64,000 nucleotides of DNA from Octopus sinensis (taxonomy: Eukaryota): the NCBI RefSeq assembly GCF_006345805.1, contig NC_043011.1, positions 45,148,464 through 45,212,463 of the forward strand. The letters are read 5' to 3'. Made by a program: the position numbers and the translations under genes. Positions 25,365 through 37,648 of this stretch are shown here, piece by piece (the first letter of the stretch is position 1; every line of letters begins with the position of its first letter). Under the pieces are notes generated by a model. It was not told the DNA's origin. It worked only from the letters and a program-made list of their open reading frames with translations, and ran no database searches.

Positions 25365-25685
25365 ACTTGTTTCAGTCACTGAAATGCGGCCATGCTGGGG
25401 CACCGCCTAGAAGGGTTTTTTAGTCGAACGAATCTACCCCAGTATATTTTTTTTTTATTAAAGCCTGGTACTTATTCTATTACTCGCTAATTCTGAATTG
25501 CTAAGTTACGAGGACATAAACAAACCTACACCGGGTGTTAAGCAGTGGTTGGAAACAAACACAAAGACTCGTATACAGATATATAGGCCTACGGCGTGGT
25601 TCAGTTTTCCCTCTACCGAATCCACTCAATAGGTCTAGGATGCACATGGTTGGATTGTATCATGAACCATGTGGTTGAGAAGCAA
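25365..25685 (-). mobile_element. SINE family A, old diverged copy
   Basis: Recognisable tail, core and head remnants. Confidence 0.65.
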
Positions 25686-25924
25686 TTAAATTCTATTTTC
25701 TTTGTGCAGCTGAGGATTGCTCTACATTTTAAATTGATGTAATGAAATGATTGCATTGTTCAATTAAATAGAATTGCATGAAACGATCTTACTGCATTAC
25801 CTCTGGATATTCTTGTTGCTTATTTTGATTTTAATCACCTTACTTTGAAATTGTATGGATAATACCATACTAAATTCTGGTGCTTAAAACTGACGTACCA
25901 TATTAATTTGAATCTAAATTTTTG

Positions 25925-25957
<33 letters not shown>

Positions 25958-26544
25958 GGTGCAGGCATGGCTGTATAAATAATAGTACAAATATATATGT
26001 AAAACTGTACAAATGGAACAAGGGTAGTAAGTGACAGACAGTTGGAGAATGTGAGAGGTTACAACAGGTAGACAAAAAGTTAAAGGGTTGCAGGCTAAAT
26101 GTAAACATGCGCTTGAATGTAAACATACACACACAAATTTATATAAAATGTAGGACACATTGAATTGTATGGAGAAAAGGGAAAGGAAAGTAGTAGACTC
26201 ACTGAATTCTTTTTTATCTGAATATTATAGAGATTAGCTGAGAACCTTAGACAAAGCTACCTATCACCTCTTAATTCCATCTCTGCTCCCCTACTTCATT
26301 AGGGTTTTTCTCTTTCTTGCTCTTCTGTCTTGCAACTTACTTAGAAATCTCACTAATCCTAGTGGCATAAGAAAAAAAGCACCCACGGGACACTGTAAAG
26401 TGGTTGACATTAGGAAGGGAATCCAGTCACTGCAACCATGCCAAAGCTAACACTGGAGCTCAGCACAGCCCTCCAGCTTGCTGTATCCTGTCAAAGTGTC
26501 AAACCCATGCCAGCATGGAAAATCATCATCATCAGCAGCAGCAG

Positions 26545-27050
26545 CATCGTTTAACGTCTGTTTTCCATGCCAGCATGGGTTGGACAATTTGACTGAGGAC
26601 TGGCGAACCAGATGGCTGCACCAGGCTCCAATCTTGATCTGGCAGAGTTTCTACAGCTGGAAGCCCTTCCTAATGCCAACCACTCTGAGAGTGTAGTGGG
26701 TACTTTTACATGCCACCGGCATGGGGGCCAGTCAGGCGGTACTGGCAATGACCTCGCTTGAATGTTTTTACAAGTGCCAGTAAGGCGACGCTGGTAACGA
26801 TCACGCTCGAATGGTGCCTTTTACGTGCCACCGGCATGGAAGCCAGTTAGCTGCTCTGGCAACGATCAAGCTCGGACGGTGCTCTTAGCACCCTACCAGC
26901 ACGGGGCTCTAGTGCCGGAAAGGTGACGCTGGTAATGATCACACTCGAATGGTGCTTTTATGTGCCACTGGCACGGAAGCCAGTTAGCCGCTCTGTCAAC
27001 AATCACGCTCGTATGGTGCTATTTGCACCCCGCTAGCACGGATGCCAGTC
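26545..27050 (-). mobile_element. SINE family C with hairpin-repeat array
   Basis: RTE-like tail plus about 6 internal units; tail-to-tail with a + copy at ~26370-26540. Confidence 0.8.
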
Positions 27051-27763
27051 AGAAAACTAGATGTTAAATCATGATGATGATGATGATAGTGATTAATCTG
27101 GTTCTCTTGAACTTTTCAAACCACCTCCAAGAAAGAACAAACACTTAAGTTTCTTCTTGTATCAACTGATTCCATAATTTTCATGTCATTTGCAGGACAA
27201 TGACTCGAGAGGAGAGCAAGTGATGCCATGACATACAATCCAGCCAAACACTTAACATTTTCTCCACATTTTCCATAGTTTTACGGTGTCTGCGTGTTAG
27301 CTGAGATCAAAGAGGGGCAGCAAGTGTCAAGGATGTAATAAGGGGCACTGAGGGTTGAGAAGGGGGTCACGATTCCTCTTAGAAACAAAATATTTACGCC
27401 ACACATTGCAATATTTACATTTTAAATACACCTTTTAAAATAGCAAAGACGACTTTATCTTTTATCTTTAACTTGTTTCAGTCATTTGACTGCAGCCATG
27501 CTGGAGCACCACCATGAAGAAATTTTGGTTGAATGAATTGACCCTAGTATTTCTTTTTTGGTAAGCCTAGTATTTATTCTGTTGGTCTGTTTTGCCGAAC
27601 TGTTACAGGGATGTAAACACACCAACACCAGTTGTCAAGCGGTATTGGGAGACAAACAGAAAGACACATACAACAGGCATCTTTCAGCAAGTATATGCAT
27701 ATACATACATATGTGTGTGTGTGTGTGTGTGTGGACAAAGGTAGTTGCATTAAGAGGTACTAA

Positions 27764-28140
27764 AGGCGGCGAGCTGGCAGAAACGTTAGCACACCAGGTG
27801 AAATGCTTAGCGGTATTTTGTCTGCCGTTACATTCTGAGTTCAAATTCTGCCAAGGTCGACTTTGCCTTTCATCCTTTCAGGGTCGATAAATTAGGTACC
27901 AGTTACACACTGGGGTCGATGTAATCGACTTAATCCTTTGTGGGTAGTAAAGAAATAGGTATTTCGTCTGCTGTTACGTTCTGAGTTCAAATTCCACCGA
28001 GGTCGACTTTGCCTTTCATCCTTTCAGGGTCAATAAATTAAGTACCAGTTACGTACTGGGATCGATGTAATCGACTTAATCCCTTTGTCTGTCCTTGTTT
28101 GTCCCCTCTATGTTTAGCCCCTTGTGGGCAATAAAGAAAA
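27764..28140 (+). mobile_element. Dimeric SINE family B within one 12-bp TSD
   Basis: TSD aagaggtactaa at 27752-27763 and 28141-28152. Confidence 0.85.
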
Positions 28141-28788
28141 AAGAGGTACTAATCTCTAATTGTAAAGGGAACATGTGAAAGTGGTAGTCCTGGAAAGACG
28201 TGGGACATGGTGGAGAGAGAGGATCTACAAACGATGGGAGTCACAGAAGGGATGACAGGAGACCAAGACTCCTGGCGGTTTGCTGTGCTTGAAAAGACAC
28301 ATCAAGCTAAGTAATAGCATGGTTGCCCATGTGTACAGGCTTGCCCCCTGCAACCTTCTCTGGCTGAGCATCGACTAATCTCGTGGGCTCATAGGTGCTG
28401 GTGTCACGTAAAAAGCACCCATGCCAGTGCAGTATAAAACCGCCCAGTACACTCTGTAAAGAGGTTGGAATAAGGAAGGGCATCCAGCTATAGAAACCAT
28501 GCCAAAGCAGACCTCACTGGTACTGGTTCCACATAAAAAGCACCTAGTGCACTCTGTAAAGTGGTTGGCATTAGGAAGGGTATCCAGACATAGAAACCAT
28601 GCCAAAATAGAAAGGGAGCCTGAACTGCCCTTCAACTGGTCGGCTCCTGTCAAACCATACAACTCATGCCAGCATGGAAAAGGGATGTTAAATGATGATG
28701 ATGATATATATCATGTGCATTTTTCAGTATCCCTCAACCAAACTCACTCATATGGCATTAGTTGGCTGGGGGCTATAATAGAGGACAC

Positions 28789-29025
28789 AGAAGGCGGCGA
28801 GCTGGCAGAAACGTTAGCACGCCGGGTGAAATGCGTTGCCGTATTTCGTCTGCCGCTACGTTCCGAGTTCAAATTCCGCTGAGGTCAACTTTGCCTTTCA
28901 TCCTTCTGGGGTCGATAAATTAAGTACCAGTTACGCACTGGGGTCGATGTAATCGACTTAATTCGTTTGTCTGTCCTTGTTTGTCTCCTCTGTGTTTAGC
29001 CCCTTGTGGGTAGTAAAGAAATATA
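28789..29025 (+). mobile_element. SINE family B nested in a SINE A fragment
   Basis: 15-bp TSD tataatagaggacac at 28774-28788 and 29026-29040. Confidence 0.9.
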
Positions 29026-29529
29026 TATAATAGAGGACACTTGCCCAAGGTGTCATACAGTGGGACTGAACCCGGAAGTATGTGGTTGGGATGCAAACAA
29101 CGTGTCATTGACACATACTTAACCAACAGCCAATTTATTTTATCAAATTGATTAATTATGGTAATTATTGAAGCCGGTAGTTCAAGTGATAATGATTCAA
29201 CCACAACAAATTTCTTTCCTCCTGCTGTTCTAATTTTATGTAATCTGTGGCATCTAATGGTGTTGTGTCACACTCTCATGACACGGTGGAATATCACAAA
29301 AGTTGTGAATAAATTCTTCCTGTTTAAATTCTTGATATTTTAACCCTTTTAGTATTTAAACCAAACATATCAGGCCCAAGTATTATACCCGTCTTAGGTT
29401 CAAACTGGCCAGATCCAGCCTCTCACACCTACCCAACAATCTCATTCTAGAGATACACAGACACATCACTGAAGTCTCAAAGCTATGAAATAACGCACAA
29501 TTAATTCAAAACAATGTTGATAAATAAGT

Positions 29530-29945
29530 AGGTGTGGCTGTGTGGTAAGAAGCTTGTTTCCCAACCAGATGGTCACTGGTTCAGTCCCACTGTGTGGCAA
29601 CCTATGCAAGTGTCTTCTATAGCCTGAACCTGATTAAAGTCTTGTGAGTGGATTTGGTTGATGGAAACAGAAAGAAGCCCATCATGTGTGTGTGTGTGTG
29701 TGTATAATGTGTATCTATGTGTGTGTCTTTGTGTCTGTGTGGCTCCTCTCATCATGCTTGACAGTCAGTGTTGGTGTGTTTACATCCCCATAACTTAGCA
29801 TTCGACAAAGAGATAGATGGATAAAATAAGTTCTAGGCTTTAAAAAAAAAAGTTCTGGGCTCAAATTCTTCAACAAAAACCCTTCAAGGGATTTCTCTGG
29901 CAAGGCTACAGTCAAATGACTGAAACAAGTGAAAGAATAAAAGAA
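29530..29945 (+). mobile_element. SINE family A, diverged
   Basis: Head to tail recognisable. Confidence 0.75.
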
Positions 29946-30339
29946 TTAGATTCGACAAAGCAATCTGAATACCAAAGAGTTAAAGCAGTCATGAATAAAC
30001 TGCGGCCCTCATGACTTCCTGGATGGCACGCTGAACAAATAATTACTTTGAATGACTTTAGTACTGTGGGCGTGCCTGAGGATAACCCATGTCTTATTCA
30101 GCCCGCCTGAAGATGAATCAAGTTTCATGAGGCCCACTTCAAAGAGATTTGCCCACACTTAGTTCAAAGAATTACAAAATTACAACAGAAATGATATGAC
30201 GGAGCACAAGCACAGAAGAACTCTTAACCAAACAATGATTACTATGGGTTTTCCTTTGTATTTTTTTTGTACGTGTGATTTTGCAACAATGGTTTAAACA
30301 TGAGCATGTATGTTAGTGTATACTTATGCACGTGTATGC

Positions 30340-30386
30340 ATGTATGTATGTATGTATGTATGTATGTATGTAGGTATGCATGTATG

Positions 30387-30417
<31 letters not shown>

Positions 30418-30870
30418 TGTATGTATGTATGTATGTATTTATGATGTATGTATGTATGTATTTAGTATGTATGTATGTATGTTGTATGTATGTATGTATG
30501 ATTTATGTATGTATGTATGATGTATGTATTTATGTATGTATGTATTTATGTATGTATGTATGTATGTATGTATGTATATGTATGATGTATGTATGTATTT
30601 ATGTATGTATGTATGTATGTATGTATTATGATGTATGTATGTATGTATTATGTATGTATGTATGTATGTATGATGTATGTATGTATGTATGTATGTATGT
30701 ATGTATGTATGTATGTATTTATGTATGTATGTAGTATGTATGTATGTATGTATTTATGTATGTATTTATGTATGTAGTATGTATTATGTATGTATGTATG
30801 TATGTATGTATTATTTATGTATGTATGTATTTATGTATGTATTATGTATGTATGTATGTATGCATGTATG
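30340..30870. repeat. (TATG)n microsatellite
   Basis: Direct observation. Confidence 0.95.
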
Positions 30871-31391
30871 CGTGTTTGACCCTCTTGACATAGGATCCGG
30901 ATTACAGTCATTATAATTACGCTAGACTGACTATAATGAGTGTGCATAAATTAGAGCGTTTGTATATACTAAGCGAGTGTGTGGATGCGTGGGGTGGATC
31001 AACTATCCATTTCCTGTATAAAAAAAAAAGAAAAAAGAAGAAAAAAAAAAGGAAAAACATTATACCACAGAACATAGAAAAAGAGTTTTCCACAAATTTA
31101 TTTCTGCTCTGTCATACTTATAGAGATTGATACTTTATGTAGTTCTTGGAAATTATATTTGACTTTGCTGCTTGTTATCTCACAGCTTGGATTGGTTACA
31201 AGCATTGAAGAATGAGGATGTTTGCTGAGGCATCTTGAAACACTTCAGTTTCCATTGGGTGCTGACTTTTTTACAGAGTTTTGTGCCATTCACCTTAAAG
31301 TACCATTCATATTCATTGGCCTCTATTCCTGTTACACACATAGTCATTGCTGATCACTTCAATCAGAGGAAAAATTCCCACTTACCAACAC

Positions 31392-31422
<31 letters not shown>

Positions 31423-31862
31423 TAATTCACGAATATACTGTGTCTTCTCGTTGTCTCTTTGATTGCTACTACAATGGCCTCTGCTTGTAATATGTAATCA
31501 TTTTCATCCCATCTCAATCCATATCCACATCTCTTCTGTTCCAATTACCCTTCTGCTGTCACATCACTTTGATTCCATTCTAAACAGTTTATCTTTCTCA
31601 CCAGACCTGTCCTTCTTCATATTCTTCCTTGCACCATCATGCCAACCAACATCCGCAGATGGCCCTCCACTTAACAAATACTACGTATTCGCCACAGAAA
31701 TTTCAAAGCAGAATACAAAGGCAGTTTCCTGTAAATTTTCTTATGGGGATTTCTTTTCACAAGGTATCCCCTTGTTGGTTAGATACAGACAAGTTCCCCA
31801 CTCCTACCCGGTTACTTAGATCCAAAACAACCAAAATAATTACAAGGCATTTTACACAACAT

Positions 31863-32263
31863 AGGCGCAGGAGTGGCTGTGTGGTAAGTAGCTTGTTTAC
31901 CAACCACATGGTTCCGGGTTCAGTCCCACTGCGTGGCACCTTGGGCAAGTGTCTTCTACTATAGCCTCGGGCCAACCAATGCCTTGTGAGTGGATTTGGT
32001 AGATGGAAACTGAAAGAAGCCCGTCGTATATATATATATATATATATGCATGTGTGTGTCTGTGTTTGTCCCCCCCCCCCCAACATCACTTGACAACCGA
32101 TGCTGGTGTGTTTATGTACCCGTTAATTAGCGGTTCGGCGAAAGAGACCTATAGAATAAGTACTGGGCTTACAAAAAGAATAAGTCCCGGGGTCGAGTTG
32201 CTCGATTAAAGGCGGTGCTCAAGCATGGCCGCAGTCAAATGACTGAAACGAGTAAAAGAGTAA
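31863..32263 (+). mobile_element. SINE family A
   Basis: Full length. Confidence 0.85.
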
Positions 32264-32449
32264 ACACTAACAATTCTAGATGCCCACCACTCTTGACTGG
32301 TACTTGGAAGAGTTAAAGGAAAAGCTAGTCTTTTACTATAATTCTGTCCATATCTAGAAGGTTTATTTTCCGCTGCTTTCGCAGATTCCTATGATTCTCC
32401 ATTGCCATCCAATTTCATTTTTTGGATTTGAATTGGGAGCTTGTATCCT

Positions 32450-32827
32450 ACTCTTTTACTTGTTTCAGTCATGTGACTGTGGCCATGCTGGAACACCGCC
32501 TTTAGTCGAGCAAATCAACCCCAGGACTTATTCTTTGTAAGCCTAGTACTTATTCTATCGGTCTCTTTTGCCGAACGGCTAAGTTACGGTGACGTAAACA
32601 CACCAGTTGTCAAGTGATGTTGGGGGGACAAAAACAGTCACACAAACACACACACATATATACATATATACAACGGGCTTCTTTCAGTTTCTACCAAATC
32701 CGCTCACAAGACTTTGGTCGGCCCCAAGGCTATAGTAGAAGACACTTGCCCAAGGTGCCATGCAGTGGGACTGAACCCAGAACCATGTTGTTGGTAAGCA
32801 AGCTACTTACCACACAGCCACTCCTAC
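32450..32827 (-). mobile_element. SINE family A
   Basis: Near full length; inverted relative to 31863-32263. Confidence 0.85.
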
Positions 32828-34663
32828 ACCTAAGTGAATCTCTCATTAGCTGATGTCCACAACCATGGACATCACTCCTGTGGATGTGTTGCAGTTACTC
32901 TCTTGATAGAGGTTGGTGATCCTGACCATTGGTCTTCTAGGATTCCTCCACTCGGCATCAATGTAACAATGCTGGCTCAGTTGAGCTCTTTCACTACCTC
33001 TTCACAATCCACCATCCTGCGGTCCCATGACTTCATTGTATCTCTGGCAGGGTAGCTGAATGAGTGTTACGCCTTGCCAAAGAATACTCCATAACTATGC
33101 AGGGCTCAGCTGTACCTGCATATCCAAAGAATGTATCAACAGAAATGTTAAATTGATAGATTATTTTGTATCAACCACAGAAAGACGGCAAGCAAAGTTA
33201 GTCTTATAACTCTGTCCACATCTAGAGTATGTTATAGAAATATTAAACTGAACCCCAATAAATAACTGGTACTTTATTTTACATATTTTACATCAACCAT
33301 AAAAAGATGGAAGGCAAAAGTTCGTCTGGTGCCACTTTAACATGCAGTCTAACCCTAACTCTAATCCTAAACGTTAACCCTAAGCCCTAGTTTTAAGCCC
33401 TAACCCTAAATCTTAAGCTAACCTAATCCAGATTAGGACATTTCATAGTTGATAGTTACTGCAGTAAAGTACAAGCTAAAGTAGCACCATTAGTCTTATT
33501 CAAAACAATCAGATTTGGGTGCTATTTCTAGCAAATTATACTACCACATAGTGGCTCCATCATTCCACTAGCAGTAATTGATATATAGATATATACATAC
33601 TGTCATTGATACATATATCTGTTTGTATGTGTGTATACATGCATATCTAATGAAACAATGGTTATTGTAGACAGTGGTTGCAAAGTTCACTCCTGTAACA
33701 GTTTATGTATATACAAATGTGTGTATGTGCACACTCATGTGTGTGTATGTGTGTAGTGGGGATTAGGAATTTTTGCACCATTGCCCTTTAATGACACAGA
33801 TAATTGTAATAATAATAATGTCCTTTTCAGACATCGGAGGTGGGAGGGACACTAGTTAACAAATAACTTCGCCGTCTACACCAGTTCAAGTTCATATTGC
33901 TATGTCTTAAATAATGGAATTGGAGAATGACAGCGAAAGGCATAAAGGGGTGTAGAGTTGTAGAAATGCACACATGCACACACACACACACATGTATATT
34001 CATAAACAGAGATGCTCAGAGATACGCATGCACATGTCCTCTCATTCACAGACATATGCACATACAGAACAGATGTGTGTCATAAGAAAGGCAATATCTA
34101 ACACTATTTCATTGTTCAAATACTGCCCCAGATATGAGACATCTGATGCGTCAATGAAAAATAAGTTTGTCAAAATTTCTAGGTTCAAATATGTCCTATA
34201 TACAGTTGCATACATGTGTGCATGCACGTGTGTGTGTGTGTGTGTGTGTGTTCCTGCTTGCTCATATGCACGTGTGTGTATGTGTGTGTGTTTACTCCTA
34301 GCTCAAAAACAAACTACCTAGTACATTCTGTAAAGTGGCTGGATATTAGAAAGGGCATCAAGCTGTAGAAACCATGCCAAAGCAGACATTGGTGCATGAT
34401 GCAGTCCTTGAGCCCATCAGATCCTGTCAAACCATCTAAAAGAAAAGCTAGTCTTTTTTTGCTATAATTCTGTCCATATCTAGAGGGTTTATTTTCCGCT
34501 GCTTTCGCAGATTCCTATGATTCTCTGTTGCCATCCAATTCCATTATTTTGGATTTGAATTGGGAGCTTGAATCACAGTGAATATCTCATTAGCACTTAC
34601 AAAGGCAACAATAATAATAATAGTCCTTTCTTCTGAAGGACTTGCAAAGGCAACAACAACAAC

Positions 34664-34707
<44 letters not shown>

Positions 34708-35469
34708 TAATAATAATCCTTTCTACTGAAGGCACATGGCCTTGAAATTTTAGGGGAGGGGACTAGTCAATTATATTGACCCCAGTGTTTCTCTGATACA
34801 CAGACATTATATTATATGATGATGATGATACACACACACACACACACATGAATTTTGGGTGAGCAGCAGTTCAATAATGTAAACATTACAGATGTCTCAT
34901 ACTTAGTGTATACACATCGATAATTGGAAGGTCCTGGCTTCCCTGCATATAGGAAAAAGAGGGATGGTCATTTGTGGAATATCTTTGATCATGATCTGAT
35001 TGATTAGGGATGACCTACGGCTAAACAACAACAAGAACTGCCAATATTAATAATAATAATAATATTGAGTGGAATGGGCTGCTCGACCTGAAGAAAATTC
35101 TAACTGGGCCCTCCACCTGCAAGGACATGCGCTGTTTATCTTGATATAAGATCCCTATGTCTTGCACATATGGTTGTGATGCATGTGCTTGGTGTATCCT
35201 TATCAGATGGGTAGTCATGATGGGTATACTGGGCTTTGTATATTTTTACCAAATACTTTCCACTATAAGCACAAGGCCTGAAATTTTTTTGTGGGGTGGA
35301 CTAGTCAATCACATCAACCCCAGTGATCACCTGGTACTTATTTTATCAACTACCCAAAGGATGATCCCAGCAGAATTTGAACGCCGAACATAGCGACGGG
35401 CAAATACCGCTAACAATTCTGCTAACAATTATGCCAGCTCGCCACCTTAATAATAATAATAATAGTAAT

Positions 35470-35842
35470 AGATCATATTGTCTCTGGCTGCCCACTCTTC
35501 ACCATGAAAGAATACATTCACAGATATGATAGAGCTGACACTTACTGGAAGTTGTGCCAGCAGTATGGAATGTCAACATACACCAGAAAAGGTTACAGAA
35601 AATAACAATGCAACCATATTCTGGGATATGTCAATATACAGAGACAAGGGTATCAAGGTTAATCAGCCAGATATTGTTACTAAGGATGGCCAAGATGAAA
35701 AAATGCCTTCTAGTAGATATATCACTCTTAACAGATGGTAATATATCTTTAAAGGAAAGGGATAAAATATCAAAATACAAAGATCTGAAAATAGAAATAA
35801 TCTGAATTTGGGATTGGAAAAAAAAACAATCCCTATATAATA

Positions 35843-35843
<1 letters not shown>
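35470..35843 (+). mobile_element. R4/Dong-like LINE fragment (REL endonuclease region), decayed
   Basis: DHIVSGCP..EYIHRYD..YWKLCQ..TPEKVTENNNATIFWDMSI..NQPDIV..CLLVDIS..EKISKYKDL-type motifs read across frameshifts. Confidence 0.8.
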
Positions 35844-35876
<33 letters not shown>

Positions 35877-35984
35877 AAAAAGGAGATGTGGAACACGAGT
35901 TGTGAAAAAATAAAAAAAGAACTTTCACCTAATTAAATACACTCTCCCTTACTTAAATTATTTTGTCAGCATTTTCTTCATTTC

Positions 35985-36022
<38 letters not shown>

Positions 36023-36732
36023 GTGCAAGTAGCACCTGAAATTGCTAGAAATGTGAGCTAAAACATATAACTCAAATAGCCACACTAAATCACCAACTTC
36101 ACGAAATGTTAAAGAGACTGTAAGTATTTATATATAGATATATAACATACAGAAATTAGCACTGCAAGGCATACACACACACATGCACACACACACACAC
36201 CATGTAGGGTACTTTCAACACTGTAAAAATAACAAAACATTGCATGTGGCTAAGGCACAGTGAACTGTGCTCAGAAGCACAGAGAAACAATAATAATCAG
36301 GACTTACAATATATATATATAACATACAGAAAATTGCACTACTGGGCACTGCACACATCCTACGCAAAACACTTTCAATACAGTAACCATAAGAGCATCA
36401 CAGCAAACCACAGCAAATACCCAAGGCACACAGAGCTGCATTCAATAGTGCAGTGAAAGCACGTTATAAAAATAAAACTACTGAATAATAATAATAATGT
36501 AAATGAATAAGGAAATCTTTTGACATATTAATTTGAACACTAAAGGGTTAAAGGAAAGGGATAAAATATCAAAATGCAAAGATCTGAAAATAGAAATAAT
36601 CTGAATTTGGGACTGGAAAATAGAAGCACTCCCTATATAATATACTGTCAAATATATGATCACTGCCCAATATGTTGGGCAACATAGGAAGAGCTAAAAC
36701 TAAGAAGCAAAAAAAAATTGGTATGACTAGGC

Positions 36733-37135
36733 ATAGGAGCGGCTGTGTGGTAAGTAGTTTGCTTATGAACCACGTGGTTCCGGGTTCAGTCCCACTGCGT
36801 GGCACTTTGGGCATGTATCTTCTACCATAGCCTCAGGCTGACTAGAGCCCTGTGAGTGGATTTGGTAGACAGAAACTGAAAGAAGCCTGTCGTATATATG
36901 TATATATATATGTATGTGTGTATATATGTTTGTGAGTCTGTGTTTGTCTCCCCAGCATCTCTTGACAACCAATGTTGGTTTGTTTACATCCCCGTAACTT
37001 AGTGGTTCGGCAAAAGAGACTGATAGAATAAGTACTAGGCTTACAAAGAATAAGTCCTGGGGTCGATTTGCTCGACTAAAGGTAGTTCTCCAGCATGGCC
37101 ACAGTCACATGACTGAAACAACTAAAAGAGTAAAA
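36733..37135 (+). mobile_element. SINE family A
   Basis: Full length; directly abuts a Dong-like fragment. Confidence 0.85.
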
Positions 37136-37648
37136 GTGTACAAACCTGAAGGCATTGTCGAAAATAGAAATGCAAAGATCCTATGGGATTTTATGATTCA
37201 GTGCGACCATGCGATTGAGAATAAGAAGCCAGACATAGTCTTAGTTGGGAAAGAAAACAAACTATGCTGGATCATAGACATAGCATGCTCAGCTAACAAC
37301 AAGGTATGCGATAAGGAAGAGAGAAAAGTTGATAGATATGACAGGTTAGCTTGGGAATTTAAGCAGTTGTGGTTGATGAAAAAGGTAGCAGTAGGACCAA
37401 TAATTGTCGGATCCCTGGGAACAGTGAGCAAAAATCTCGAGAAGTACGTGGAACAAATAGGGGCTGCAATAAGGGTGGAGCACTTGCAGAAAACAGCACT
37501 GCTTGGAACCGCTTGAATACTCTGGAAGGTGCTCGAAAAATAAGAGTTGTTACCTTAGTTCACTGGTAGTGAACAGCTGACACTAGCACATCTCCAGAGT
37601 TAGAAGCTGTGCAAAGGTAACAATAATAATAATAATAATAATAATAAT
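37136..37648 (+). mobile_element. R4/Dong-like LINE 3' end (REL endonuclease)
   Basis: KPEGIVENRNAKILWDFMIQCDHAIENKKPDIVLV..IIDIAC..KVDRYDRL..PIIVGSLGTV..LQKTALLGT; (AAT)n tail. Confidence 0.9.

Noticed and set aside
26203-26245. Possible 43-nt minus-strand exon with a gtgagt donor; likewise a 20-nt candidate at 38410-38429 and a 36-nt candidate near 4003-4038
   Set aside because: Short AG..GT windows arise often by chance in 64 kb; they need RNA-seq support.
26690-27050. CRISPR-like array of palindromic repeats with spacers (also ~2660-2960, 42280-42510, 55890-56100)
   Set aside because: The spacers are homologous to each other, the arrays sit inside a SINE, there are no cas genes, and the context is eukaryotic.
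29130-29321. Minus-strand frame with a single TGA (possible selenocysteine)
   Set aside because: No selenoprotein motif or SECIS identified; such frames are expected by chance or decay.
29943-30110. Protein-like plus frame (EYQRVKAVMNKLRPS*LPGWHAEQ...) with one stop
   Set aside because: Short, no family recognised, no splice support.
33020-33116. Kinase-like snippet GTAEPCIVMEY after a minus-strand acceptor
   Set aside because: No other kinase subdomains nearby, and the frame closes after 27 codons.
34066-34142. Possible minus-strand exon DVSYLGQYLNNEIVLDIAFLMTHICS with a gtatgt donor
   Set aside because: Splice-like sites only; no homology and no linkage to other exons.
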